Below are positions 1 to 12,910 of a DNA stretch of 64,000 nt, in pieces. Origin of the DNA: Perna viridis (lineage: Eukaryota). The stretch is taken from assembly GCA_037379345.1 (NCBI GenBank), contig CM074520.1, positions 16,471,488 through 16,535,487 of the forward strand, read 5' to 3'. The notes under the pieces were generated by a model. It saw only the letters and a list, made by a program, of their open reading frames with translations. It had not been told where the DNA came from and made no database searches. Each line of letters begins with the position of its first letter. The stretch's first letter is position 1. Both the position numbers and the translations under genes were made by a program.

Positions 1-885
1 AATAGCACAACCAGTAGTTGTAATGATGAACCTGTTTACGCAGTGCCTGAAATAAAAAGTGTTCACAAAGACATTGTTAAAATAGAAACTGAAACTAAGT
101 CAGAAATTCTGTTGAATACTGACAAAAAGTCGGATACAATAATGAAACATTCCAATGACTCTTCAGTGAAGGAGGAGAAAAAAGATAAACAAGGGAAAGG
201 ATTATTAAGGTCAAAATCAAAAAAGAAAAGTAAAGAATCAGAAGATAAAGTAGCGAGTTTATCTTCATCTAAGAAAAACAAAAATAGTGATATTAATTCT
301 AAGGATAATGCAATGAATGATATTAATTCAAAAGAGTGTAAACTCATGAAAAAGGAACTTTCTAAAACATGGCATGGCATAAGTAGCAGACGATGGAAGA
401 AATTTTATTCTCCTGTTGCTCAGGCTGTCTGGAATGATATAGAGGGCAAAGGTCAAGATGGCAGCAAAACAGATGGTGAGAGAGAGGAGGAAAATTTGAA
501 ACTTGGATCAAGTACCATGCCTGGTAAAACTTTACTTGATGAAATGCATAAAAAATATTGTGCATATCAATACAAGGATAGATTAGGATTACCAGATGAC
601 CTTGAGTTGCCATTGAAATTAAAATCTAGCCCTCCTCCTCCAGATCGTATGAAATCAAAAGCCTGGATCATGAAACATTATGTTATCCCACCAGGTAAAG
701 GTGCAATTTCCACCCCTTCTAGTCCTGAACAGGCCAAGAAAATTTGGATAAATGATAATAATCAAAGAGAGATAACTCCAGTAGAAACTGTTGACCAGAA
801 AACTTCCATTTCACAGGAAGGGGCTGTTTCAACTACTAAAGATGAGAGTCAAGGCAGTAGCCCAGATTGTCAAGCAGAGAAAGAG
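1..885 (+). CDS. Large low-complexity (K/S/E/D-rich) coding exon, open from before the window; probable N-terminal extension of a long isoform of the DLC/STARD13-like RhoGAP
   Basis: Frame is open from base 1 (NSTTSSCNDEPVYAVPE...) for 295 codons in AT-rich DNA. It ends at a phase-0 donor GAG|GTTAGT (885/886), which joins the 25-nt exon at 15235 in frame. Assignment to the RhoGAP gene is inferred from strand and phase. Confidence 0.7.
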
Positions 886-2977
886 GTTAGTATGTAGATT
901 AATTAAATGATATAATTTCCTCCTTCCTTTCCCTGTTCATTTTATCAAACCAAAACTGTTTTGCTGTACATTATCACAATCGTGTATAGACACACTTGGA
1001 ATGGAATCATTGTGGTACATGTGAAAATGGTATTAAAACTGGTCAATAATGGAAACTTATTTGAAAGGGAAATTTTTAGTGGTTCCATGAAATGGCATTC
1101 TGATTATTATTTTAGATTTAATACAGTGTTCATGTTGGAAAAAGTTCTTTTTATTGTACAGCTTTCTTGATAAATGGTTATTTGTCAAAACCCTGCAGAT
1201 CTGCCAACCAGTACCACATATGTTACTAGTACTACAATTTTAATCACAAAACATGGTTTCTGAAATTGGTTCAATTGAGAATGCAGTATGGTTTTGAGTT
1301 TTTAATTCATATTTTTTTTAAGAATAGCAGTGATTTGCTTAAAACAAGTTGCTAATTGAAGTATATTCAACAAATGGGTAATGCATATCTCTAGCAAGTT
1401 TCTTCTTCAAGTACCAGTTGAAGCAAAGTGATAGTTAAGGTACTAGAATAAAAAATTTTTCTTCCAACCAAAGCATCCTTTCAGGTGGTGAACATTTGGC
1501 ATTGAGTAGAAATTCTATGACATTGTATATGAATTTAGATATAGAATATTATTGTAAACAAGTATACATTTTGTCACATATGGTAACAAGATTATGAAGT
1601 TATTTTTGACTTCAAAAAGTACATTTCATTTGATTTACTATTGCACAAAAAATGCCTTTGGAAAATGAAAATAAACAAGTCTTAAACAGATCCTGTGATC
1701 AAAAGAAATAGTAAATGTCTCCAAGCTGCTACTGTATCAAAATGAATTGAGTACTGATCTATATAGATATCAGGCAGGCAATGTTACATCAAATCATTGT
1801 ACAGAATGTTTGTTGCTGACAATGAACCCTGAACAGATCCTTGCAGCTATTTAACAGTGTGATGACTGATTAAAGTCTGATTGTTGAGAAATCAGTTGCT
1901 GGTGATAGGTGATGTATCTGTTCATGGTTCTGTTACTGAAGATTATATGTGATCAATTCATCTTAATTTTCAGAATTTTCATTGGAATGAGTCTAAAATA
2001 AACTTAAGGTGTATAATTTAACTTTGAATTCAAAATAGTCAACTCCTGACCTATTAGTTATTTCTTTTTATATTACTTACTAAATTTGTGTAAAACAGAA
2101 AACAAACAAATCATAGGATTGGAAAAAAAACACACATCAGGAGTGAGGTGATTTATAATACATTGAAGTATTGATCACTGGTTCAATGGATCAAATTGAT
2201 AAATTGATCACTGGTTTATAATTGATTGATAATTGGTGACAGGTCACAGTTAAGGTTACAAGGATCATGGAAAGGGACATATATTTTTCTCCATTAGTCC
2301 TGCTCATAGACATACAATTCACCTTTCCAATGCTATGTATATAAAGCATTTTCTGTATGCAGTTACGTACCAAAATTGTGATCCATCACCATCTTCCTAA
2401 TTCTTAGATGGATATATGCTCAAATTTATTTTCAAATGAAATTGAAAAGAGACAGACTTCCTCAGGCTCTCAGTCAGCTGTCTCAAAATCATTATTTTCA
2501 CCAGCAATGACAAAATGTGTACCTTTCTGTTCCTGAATAAATGTGGCTTCATGAGGTGGAATTTTGGTGTTTTGTTTTAATGGGATTATGAAATGGAAAA
2601 GAAAGGTAAGAGCTCTATGAAAACAAAATGCTTTTATCAATTGATTTACTGAAAGTTACAGAATTAAGTGCAATACAAGTATTTCAAGGTTAGAGTTATT
2701 TGGGATTAAATAGGTGTTACTATCACTCCATTGATTAAGGTTCAAATAATGTATGGTCAGCTACTTGGTCATTTTTCTGTTATTCTTGCTGCCTGATAGT
2801 TTCCAGCTCAGGATGACCCCCATCATACATACAAATATTGGATATTTCCAAAGGCAATATACATATTACATCAAGTTGACTGCTTCTTTGCAAAGAAACA
2901 GAATAATATCAGCTTTGAACATCACAACTCACCTTGTCAAGCAGGCTGTGATATTTTCTGTCTCAACTTGATATAAC

Positions 2978-3110
2978 ATGAGAATACGAATGGTGTATAT
3001 GTCAAGGAGACAACAACCCCACTGGGATGAAAATTTCAGCCCAAGGCCACCGATTAGTCTTCAATGAACAATAAGGAAACCCTCATACCCCAGGGCAGGG
3101 TTCAGCTGGC
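2978..3110 (+). repeat. Degenerate fragment of an interspersed repeat resembling an abundant Mytilus family
   Basis: GC-richer block GAGACAACAACCC...AAGGCCACC..GTCTTCAATG...TTCAGCTGGC; family recognised from memory only. Confidence 0.45.
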
Positions 3111-4997
3111 AGTACATTTTACTGGACTAAATTTCTCTTCTAGCAACAATTTTTCAATAAAAAGGACCCCTTCATTTATAGTATGAACAAAATACTTTTA
3201 AAATATTTGTGTTGGTGGACCATACATGGTAGCAGTACTCCCACTTCATTTTTTTTTATTGTAACCATACTATCAGTTTCACCTCTTTATTTTTTTTTGT
3301 GGTTTTGGTATGAAAATTTATATATAATTTACATCAAGGGGAAGTAAGTCTCATTTTGTTGTAAAATCTTTAATGCTACGAAAGGATAAACACCTGTGAT
3401 GAAGCTGAATACTGAAAAATGATTTATAATTTCCTTCACTGTTCTCAGTTTCATGCTCTGTAAAATAAAAATTGAAAAAGTGAGAAGTTCCTTTGTAGTT
3501 TGTAACCAAAATAACCACAAGATGAAGTGCAAATGAAGTTAATATCACTCATAATAATTAGATGGCTGTAAACTTGGTAAATATTTGTGGTTTTGGGATG
3601 CTGAGGTTTATGAATCACATTTGTTTTCATGCTCAAAATCATTTAAATGGAACTTTAAATGACTCACTTGATAAGAAATTTGCACTTTACTATTGAATTT
3701 CACTCTTATTTTCATGACTTAGATATTATGACCAAATGATAAAATAAGATCAGATGTATTTTGCCTTCATATATTTCATCAATTACTTTAAAAACAGTTG
3801 TAAATAAAAATATCTGACAGCTCTCACTTTGATGATTTGAGAATTCAACATTATTAATTAAAGATTGCCATTTTGAAATATTTTATGTAATAAAAGATGT
3901 CTTTTCTCAAAAATAGTTTTCAAATAATCCTCATTCAATACAGGTTGAGTTTCAGATTTAAAGAAATGTTACTTTTATGTTTCAGATAAAAAATTGTTAT
4001 CTTTTTGTCAATAATTTGGGGGTCCAAGTTTCAAACAACTCTTTTTTTTTCAAGATATCAGAACTTCTTCAATAAAATGTCAACAAAATTCCTGGACTTA
4101 AGTAAATGAAATATCAAAAGTTCTATAAAAAAAGTCCTAGGTAAAAAAAAAATGGATACCCTAGATTCCAGGGCCTCGACTTACACTTATTTATATCCTT
4201 GATGATAAGATGATAATACACTCATTGTAATTGTTGGTTATAGTGTAATGAAATGTTTTGATATTACATCTTTTTATTGATATGTCTTTAAATGAGTTTT
4301 CTATAGTTCAGTATCGTTTCATCAAGATATACAAACATTCTTGTTCTCAGGAGACCAGCAGGAAAACACATATTGTGGTGGACACGTGTCTTTTACTATT
4401 GGAATTTTCACTTTCTAAAAAGCATGACACATAAAGCCTTAATTGTGTTGGTTTATTTGAACAGATATATTAAGGAATTCGTTCAACAATAGAAACAATA
4501 TTTACATATCTATCTCGGGTACCTAAGAAAATACTGAATCAATAGAGAGAGTTTAATGTATACAACCAAATCATTAAATACCTATCTATGTTTAAAACAA
4601 TCAGTAAGAAGGCATGTTTTGTGCACCTTGGCCAGATCAATACTGTTTTCTCATGTTAAAGGGCTCTGTTACCCAGGGTTGCTACCCTTGAAATTAAATG
4701 GATTGTGCCTCTACTCAGGTGAAAATATAATTCGATAAAAATCGTGGCTTCAAACAGAGGTTATCTTTGAGCTCCTGAGTTTTCGGAAGACTTTATCTCC
4801 GTATCTGTAAACTTTCAAACGTTTGTTTATGAATTGGACAAGAAAGGCGGTCAGTGTGTTAGGGCGAAAAGATGTAATGGGTAGTATCGTGTCCTAGATT
4901 TGTCTATTTGACCATTTCAAATTAGTGGCGGGACTCCAGAGCAAGTGATTAAAACATTTCAAGGACTTTGATGAATTGATAATTGTTATGTGCCACC

Positions 4998-5081
4998 ATG
5001 AGTGATGAACAAATTGTTGAGCTGTGTAATGTATTCCGATCATTGTCATTCATTTTCACACCGACACGTAAAAAACTGCAA
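4998..5081 (+). CDS. Putative alternative first coding exon MSDEQIVELCNVFRSLSFIFTPTRKKLQ (phase 0)
   Basis: GCCACCATG Kozak context, in-frame upstream stop, donor CAA|GTAAGT, CpG-richer upstream segment. In frame with the 15235 microexon. Confidence 0.6.
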
Positions 5082-8000
5082 GTAAGTCTTTTTGGTAGAA
5101 ATATTTCTTCATATTTGTTATGAAATTGACTTGTGATATCAAATTTATTGCATTAAGTTTTTGTCTTAATATTTTTTAATGCTATTAATATATTTTAATG
5201 TTTAATATTAACCATTCATTTTTCCACATCACATCAAATTAGTTGTAAAAACCATCAAATAACTTTATTTTTACACACCTGAAACAGGTAAAAATTGTCT
5301 TTGATGACAATAATTGTCAGTTATCAATGAGTGAATATTATCTCATTGTGTTGTATTCTGATTTAACTTCTGAATTCCACTGATTAAGATTTTTCACACA
5401 ACAATAGGAACTTTAATTTGACTATTATGACATGTATAATGAGACTTGTCTATGATGTGTTGAAGAGCTATCAAAATTGTATAGTGACAGTTATAGTGAA
5501 TGGAAATCAGTTTTATATGAGATCAGAGTATTCTGTTGGAGGTCACTATATGTATGGCTTAGTGCAATTGTTGAAGGTACTTTGTATTTCTAAGGTAATT
5601 TCTTGACTGTAATATTTTTCTTTTTTTCTGAATAAGCTCAACTTTTGATAAGAGAGAACAGTTCACTAACATTGTAGATTTCTCATATTAATCATGTAAG
5701 TCTGAAGATTCAAGAATATCATGTATCTGATTACTGAAGGAGGAGGATTATATAAATTTGTTTTTTTTTGTTTTTTTTTGTATTTTTTTGTATTTTTTTT
5801 TTCAATCCTAGCTCCTGAAAACGCATATTGAACCATCTTAAGTTAATTTTTTGCTTCTCAGACAATTTTTACTTTTAAATCATTGGTTATGCAGCTATTT
5901 ACAGTCTTCAGTCATGAAATATGATGAGGGAGATGATATTTTGTCTTAAGGTTTTTTATGGCAGGAAAATATTGATAATTTTGGTAAATTTTAGTTAGTT
6001 AGCTTTAATTTGAAAGAGTTGTCATTCAGTAAAATATTTTGAAATTGTATACAGCATTGTTTCTTTACTATATTTGTAACAGTACAATATATACATGACA
6101 AGGCCTGGGACTTAAAGGGAAAATATGCAACAGCTCAGCAGGAAGAACCTAAAACATTTTACAAGTGTTTGATCCTATACCTTTGTTTAAATAGTTTAAC
6201 TCATGATGTCTTTCAATTATTTACCTACTTATATCAACGATTATGATTTTGATCACGTCGTTAAAAAACGAAATCCAGGTTGTTTACCTAAATGACCAAG
6301 GTTAAATGTCACATTGCCACAATCTCTTAGTATCCTAGTTTTGTCATGAAACTGTGTTGACAATTCACTCCATTTTTGACCCACTCTGCTAAAAATTAGC
6401 CCATTAACAGTAACCCTATGTGACATAAAAAAGAAAAACTCAGTATGGATTCCTCGAAGATTAAATATTTTGACAATAAATCCTTTTTTGTCATTAAAGT
6501 ACATCCTATTAGATTGTAGGCTTTGATAGAATTAACACTTTACAGAATGTGTCAATTTCTTACTTATTCTTTCATATATTTGTAACATTGCATAACATGT
6601 ATTTTATAATATTGATAAGTCCCTCTTCTCTGGGATTAATTTTGATACTAGAAGTCCTTCAATAAAGATTTTCGGCTTTGCAACTACGGCAAAAAAAAAT
6701 TAGTATAGTTGCAAGTCATAGAAAAAATCTTGAAATTATTAACTGAAGTATTCGTTGTGTATGTAAAAGTGATAAATTGGTACTATCCAACTTCGCGGGA
6801 GTTGGAAAAAAGTCTTTATATATATACTGTATTTCACCAAATAAAGTGACCTCTCCTGGTTTAAAAATGCTGTAAGAACTGCCAAGCTTCTATAACACTC
6901 AGGAATGTCAAATTTGGTAGGAGGGTAATAAAGTTAGGACTGACAACAAAAATGAAATGAAAAATTGCTTATGAGGTACAAATATGATATGATTACCGGA
7001 TACTTGAAATGTTTGAAAAATTTAGTTTAAAATATTTTCTATCATAGTAACTGAAAGTGGTAGAATATTGTAGTGAAATAAATTTGAAGAAAACAGCCTG
7101 GGTGAGAGGGAAGGCATGAATTTAGGAATGTAGCAATTATTTCTCGAAATGTTACTTTGATAAGAAAAGGATAAGCATTTCAGTGCATTTTTTGGCATGA
7201 AAGTTGCTTAAAGTCAATATTAGGGGAGAAAAACAATCATTTTTGCTTGTTTTTTTTGTTTTTCCATCAAATATCTGAAGCCAAAAGCTTATGTGATGAG
7301 TTGACCTATTGCTAGTATTAAATTTAAATTTCCTTTCTAAAAATTAAAAGTTCATGGAACCCCTTTATGACACTGTCAGTATATAAAATTCTATATAGAA
7401 TGTTTTGCCCTTAATCCATGGCTCTGCTCAAACAAATAAAGGCATTGACGTTAGTTTACATTCTATGTAAGTATTGTACACACTCAGCAAATATTTAGGA
7501 TTCTGTTTAGAAATTTTTTAGGCAGTAACAAGCACCTGTAATTCCATTGTATACACTGTAAGTCATGTTCTGATACATTCCATCACAGGAAAACATATTT
7601 ACTCTTGACGGTGAGTCAATATTAGCTCAGCGAGTTGAATGTGGTGTATGCTCACTTTTGAACAACAGAACTGTTATTGAAATGTGCTGTGCATAGTTTC
7701 TTTTGACTAAAAATGTATTTTAAAATAAAATAAGTACATAAAAAATTCTAGCTTATAATTATGACTTTCTACAAAGGTTTTAAAGTTATTTTCAAAAACA
7801 TATTGCAAAGATTGTTTGAAGGTCACTTGTCATTATTTTCATAATACTACTACATGTGCTTATGTTTACAAATTCATACCCATGCCAAGATTCAGCATAA
7901 TATATTCAATGAAAATCATTCTAAATTTGGAAAAGCTAATATAATACATAATCAAGAAAGATAATCCTCTTAAGTTTTGACATAATAAACCCTACTGACC

Positions 8001-11000
8001 CTCATTTCAACTAAAAACTAAGTACTTCATCTGTTTTGGACTCAAAGTCAGTGCATTCAACTTTAAACATCAAACGCCTTTCCATAAAGTCCATAACACA
8101 TGCCTTAGATCAATCAAATCTGAAACAATGACTTCATTCAGTAAAATTAAGATTTCAAACAAGTTAAATACTTTAAGTTTATTTTGGTAGAAAGTTTACA
8201 TTGATGAATCCAGTTTCACTGAGTTTAAAACATAGATAGCATCTTACATTGTTGAAGTACCTTTGACCTCCTAGTATTGTACTGGTAGTTTTAGTAACAG
8301 GAAAACACCCAGTTTGGTCCTAATGATAATTATCTTACAAAACTCAGAGGTTTCTTACAGATAACTATTTATTATATCAGTCCACTCTGGATAAGACATG
8401 TTTTTTTTTTACACTTTCAGGATGTAGAAGTAACAAAAAAAAGATGTCTAATATTATCTGTTGATTGATGGATTGATTGATTGTGGTTTTATCATCCAAT
8501 GTCATGCATTTTAGGACAAGAAAGTTTCATTAATTAAAATTGAAATGTCAGGATCAGTAGTTTGACTAAAGAAGTATGTGTACCTCTCTTTCTAGTGACT
8601 CTATTTTCACATGTTAAGGTCATCAGATAAAAATCATATATTTATAAAACAAAACTACATGTACCAGTATACAGTGTATACAAGTAAAAGAAACCCAAGA
8701 AGCTATTAAGATAGCATGAGTTCAATGCTTGCTTGGTAGGAGTTATCTTGGATTTATTTGAATTATCTTAAGACATAAGCCTGTCATATTTTGTCTTATC
8801 TAAATACAGAGCTGTTTGGGTATTCTGCAAATCCTTAACAGGTTTGTAGGCTCCAAGACAAGACAGAAAATGACGGAGAAGTGACGTTTCTCGACTTTCT
8901 CTTGCTGGGTGTAATACTTTTCGTGTTTACTTTCCCCATAAGTTTACTTGTATATTAGGTTCTTCCAATAAGTGATTATTTAATGATTTTGGCAAAGACA
9001 TGGATACATTGAAACTGGCGGTGTTTGGACCTCCAGCACAGCATTATCTGCTTCTGACGCTTAAAAGCAATGATTGAACAAGATTAACTTGCATTGTTTT
9101 AGGATTAAGTGGTTTTTACATAGGTATGTTTACAGTAGGATCAAATGTTTGCTCATATTGTGCAAAATTGCTTTGATTTTTTGTTTTCACCACTCATAAC
9201 AATCTGCACATGTGGCTGCACTGACCTTTGTTATTTGCAGGTGGTCTTAAAGTGGTACAATTGTCCTCGATATTGAACTTCATACTTGAATTTTGAATAT
9301 TGTTAATATTATATTAGGGCCTTATTGCTAATAAAGTATTGGTATCAAAATAATTATTTGGTCTGCGTGTCTGTCAGTCTGTTTGTCCAATCTTTGTATT
9401 ATGGGTGAAGTGAGGTTGTCAATTATTTTTTTAATAGAAAGATGACATCATCCTTAAGTTGCTATTCATGAATAATTATTATTCCTTTTTTTAGTTTTTC
9501 ATTATCTATGCTACCATGGTATGAAAAAAATACAAACACATAGTATGTGAAAATAAATTTCTCAGTCAAATGTTGTAATAATTTTAGTGGTTCTCTACAA
9601 CTTCTTTATGCTTTATGTCACATATTTACTGCTAAAGGCAAATTTTAATGTGCATATTAATTTTATGGCTTGTCAGCTTTAATGAGAAATTATGGACTAA
9701 ATTTCAGCATTGTAATTGTGTATTTAATTTCAAGAATTAAGTATTGAATAATATTTGAATATCCAATCAAAAGTTAATCCTGCCAAATATTTAATACTTC
9801 TCCCAATAAATTTGTTGAATAATAAAACAATACATTAAATATTTTGATGAAATTTAGCATAAAATCTGTTCTAAGTAGCAAGACCTTGACCAAACAAATA
9901 TTCCAAGTTTTGTGTGTTTTGACATAAGAGTATTTAATAGTCCTGAATAACTATGTTTTCAGTTGAAATTAAATCCAAAATGTTGGACAAATTCGAGAAA
10001 TAATAAGTTCAAGAAGATAAAGAAAACACTGAAAATTAGATCCCAAAATATACTAGGTGTAATATGAATGATTTTTTTTTCTTTTTTTTTGTTGTGATCT
10101 TTATTTTCTGAAATACTTCCTTTTGTTTTGTTGAGGTTACAAAGATCTAGCCATAATGACATATGCAGTAACCTGGTACCATTGGGAAGTTGATGGCTGT
10201 TTGACCATTATTGTGAAATGAAAAGGGATGTTATCTTTTTGTTGAAATCTGATCATTTTGTTTTTAAAATGGAAGGTCATAACAACAGTAATTATAGGGA
10301 AAAACTCTTTTGTACCAAGACTTGGCTGTCACAAATTACCTTAGATCAGTGGTCTATTTTTTACCTTTTGCCCTTTTTGAAATTTATCTAGACTAGTCCT
10401 ATTATTATGTATACAAAAAAAGCACAATAGTTTGTATTTCAATATTTACAGTTTCATAGTAGCTTATATATCATATCCTTAGAAAGGTTTTAAAAAAGTC
10501 ATGAAGTACTTTTCTGTATACCCCTTTAATGAAAAACCTTCACTTTGAATTGCACATAGAATATGTCCCTTGTTATCAACATTTGTTATAGCATGCAAAA
10601 TGGGCATGTTGTAGATTAAAGATATATTTCACCTTTCATGAGTACTTCCTCAATATTTAAATTCAATGGATATTCATTTGGAATTTTATCAAATATCTGA
10701 CTTGTGAAAATACCAGTAGGTGCAGATCAAAATTGACACATAGTTAGAGTTATCTTTCTTTGTTTACTTAACTTGAACTTGGAGATGTAGGAATTTTTTA
10801 ACAAATATTATTTTGCTTTTCTAATATGCACTTACTGCATTTCAATACAAAACAAATAGGGTATAAGCTATCGATAAAATGTAAAACAATTTTTGAGAGC
10901 TCTCGACCAGGTGGTTAAAATCTATACTGCATAAGGCAGTCTTCTAACTAATCCACATAAATCTTTCAAGGGTCATTGCTATGTGTCAAAACTTTCTGGT

Positions 11001-12267
11001 ATTTAGTCAGACCTTTAGCAAGATACTGTAATTCAATACAGCACAGGGTTTCACTAGACAATGAAAATTAAAAGTTTACAGAAATTAATAGGCTAGAATG
11101 TAAAGGGTGGTAGCCTGAAAGGGTATGTAAGTTTACATGTCTACTCTGGGCAGAGGCCAGGGTGGTGGCCATATCATTTTCATTAGGAATGCAGTGGAGG
11201 ACCACACTTGAGGCGTTTGGAGGTCTTTTATCTTGGTATAAATTCTCCCAATCAAAATAACACTTGCTTTGATGAGTTTCCTTCTTCTTTAGATTTTAAG
11301 TAGCACTCCAGCTAAGAATCATGCAAAATGTGATTCATGGGTAAAAAACCTACTTATTTTTATTTTTTATATTTTGTTTGAATTGCCGTAGTAAACAGAA
11401 ACTAACATTCAGTTTTTCATACAACCCGTGTTCTTTGGAGATAAAGATTGTATAGAATGCACTGTAGATTTAAAAATTAAGGGAGATAACTCTGTAAATG
11501 ACACTCAAATACAATAGAATCTACTGGATTTTCAATGTTGATTATCTCCTAAGAGCAGGCAGATTTGAATGAATAATCACACATTTCATAGTGTAGACCC
11601 ATAAAACAACTTAATTACAAAAATATAAATATGTAGCCTTTTTTGGGGTGTATCACATTTTTTCAGATTTTGCATGATTCTTACAAAGACATTTACTTAA
11701 TTGCTTGAGAAATTGTTATGTGTGGTTAGCATGTTCTTTAAGAGAGTACGTTTTATAACCTTTTAATATAGGTATTGTGTGAGGAAGGATTTCTTTCGAA
11801 AATAAATTATTATTTGCTGTTTATCTGTTTAGTTTGCTTTTTTTGGGAGAAACGTTTTTAGCTTTCCTGTTCAGTCTTTCTGTACAAATTGCTATGATAA
11901 TGTTGAACTGAAGATTTACTCAATATTTCATGAAGGATTTATTTTTACCAATTTTGTGAGCAAGGGAAAACCACAAAACAAATCAACAGGAAGCCATTAA
12001 TTATGGAATTTATGTTATACAGAGAGTAAGAAACATGAAATGAAAAAGCAGTGAAATCAAATAGATATTCTGTCTTAGACAAAACATACCCACAACTCTA
12101 CTGTATATGGACTGGAACCTGTTTCATAAAACATCTCAAATGGAGATTTTCCTCAAATTCTCAACTCAAATTTCGACCAATCCAATTGCTTGAAATTGAA
12201 GATTTGAGGAAAATCTCAATAAATTTTTTTTTTTTTAAACCGGCCCCTGGTTGGTTAATATAATTTG

Positions 12268-12575
12268 GTTATTATACCCATTACATGAAGTAGCCAAGTA
12301 TTATGTGATACTCTCTGAAAAGTTGTGTGCCTGCCTGTCTGTCCATCAATCCGTCCCAGACAATTTCCAAATGATCAACTCAAAACAGATCAATGACTTT
12401 TTTTTTTAAACTTTGGCATTACTTTACACAGTTGTAATTTGTTCTGTAAGATACAGGTTTAGTTTGATTCACAGCAAAATCCATATTGTGGTTTTTCTAG
12501 TTAGCCTAAGACCATTTTGAACATTTTACCATCCCACTTTTTTTAACATTAAGTGGTGGGCTATCACTTAATGTT
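12268..12575 (+). mobile_element. Degenerate HINE/Helentron-like non-autonomous element
   Basis: TTATACCC start, (GTCT/GTCC)-type microsatellite at about 12330-12356, and GGTGGGCTATCACT near the end. Layout resembles the fragments at 29667 and 59916. Confidence 0.35.
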
Positions 12576-12635
12576 TCATGGTCTTAATGAGTGGGTTAAT
12601 TGGAGACATCAATATATAATTTTGTTTGAATATTA

Positions 12636-12910
12636 ATATTAAGATGTGGAGGGATCATGTGGAAGTATTCTCTGTATTAAGATTACTATGATGTGGAGGT
12701 ATCATGTGGAACTGTCCTCTGTATAAAGATTAATAAGATGTGGAGGTATCATATGGAACTGTCCTCTGTATAAAGATTAGCATGATGTGGAGGGATCATG
12801 TGGAACTATCCTCTGTATAAAGATTAACATAATGTGGAGGGATCATGTGGATCTATCCTCTATATAAAGATTAATAAGATGTGGAGGGATCATCAGGAAC
12901 TATCCTCCGT
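12636..12910. repeat. 47-bp minisatellite, about 5.7 copies
   Basis: Unit GATGTGGAGGGATCATGTGGAACTATCCTCTGTATAAAGATTAATAA starts at 12643, 12690, 12737, 12784, 12831 and 12878. Confidence 0.95.

Noticed and set aside
2588-2605. Very short first-exon candidates: MKWKRK (phase 0), MIT (16473-16482), and the donor at 49864
   Set aside because: Too short or phase-ambiguous to distinguish from chance.
12636-12910. CRISPR-like periodic array
   Set aside because: Units are contiguous with no unique spacers, no cas genes are present, and the context is a eukaryotic intron. It is a minisatellite.
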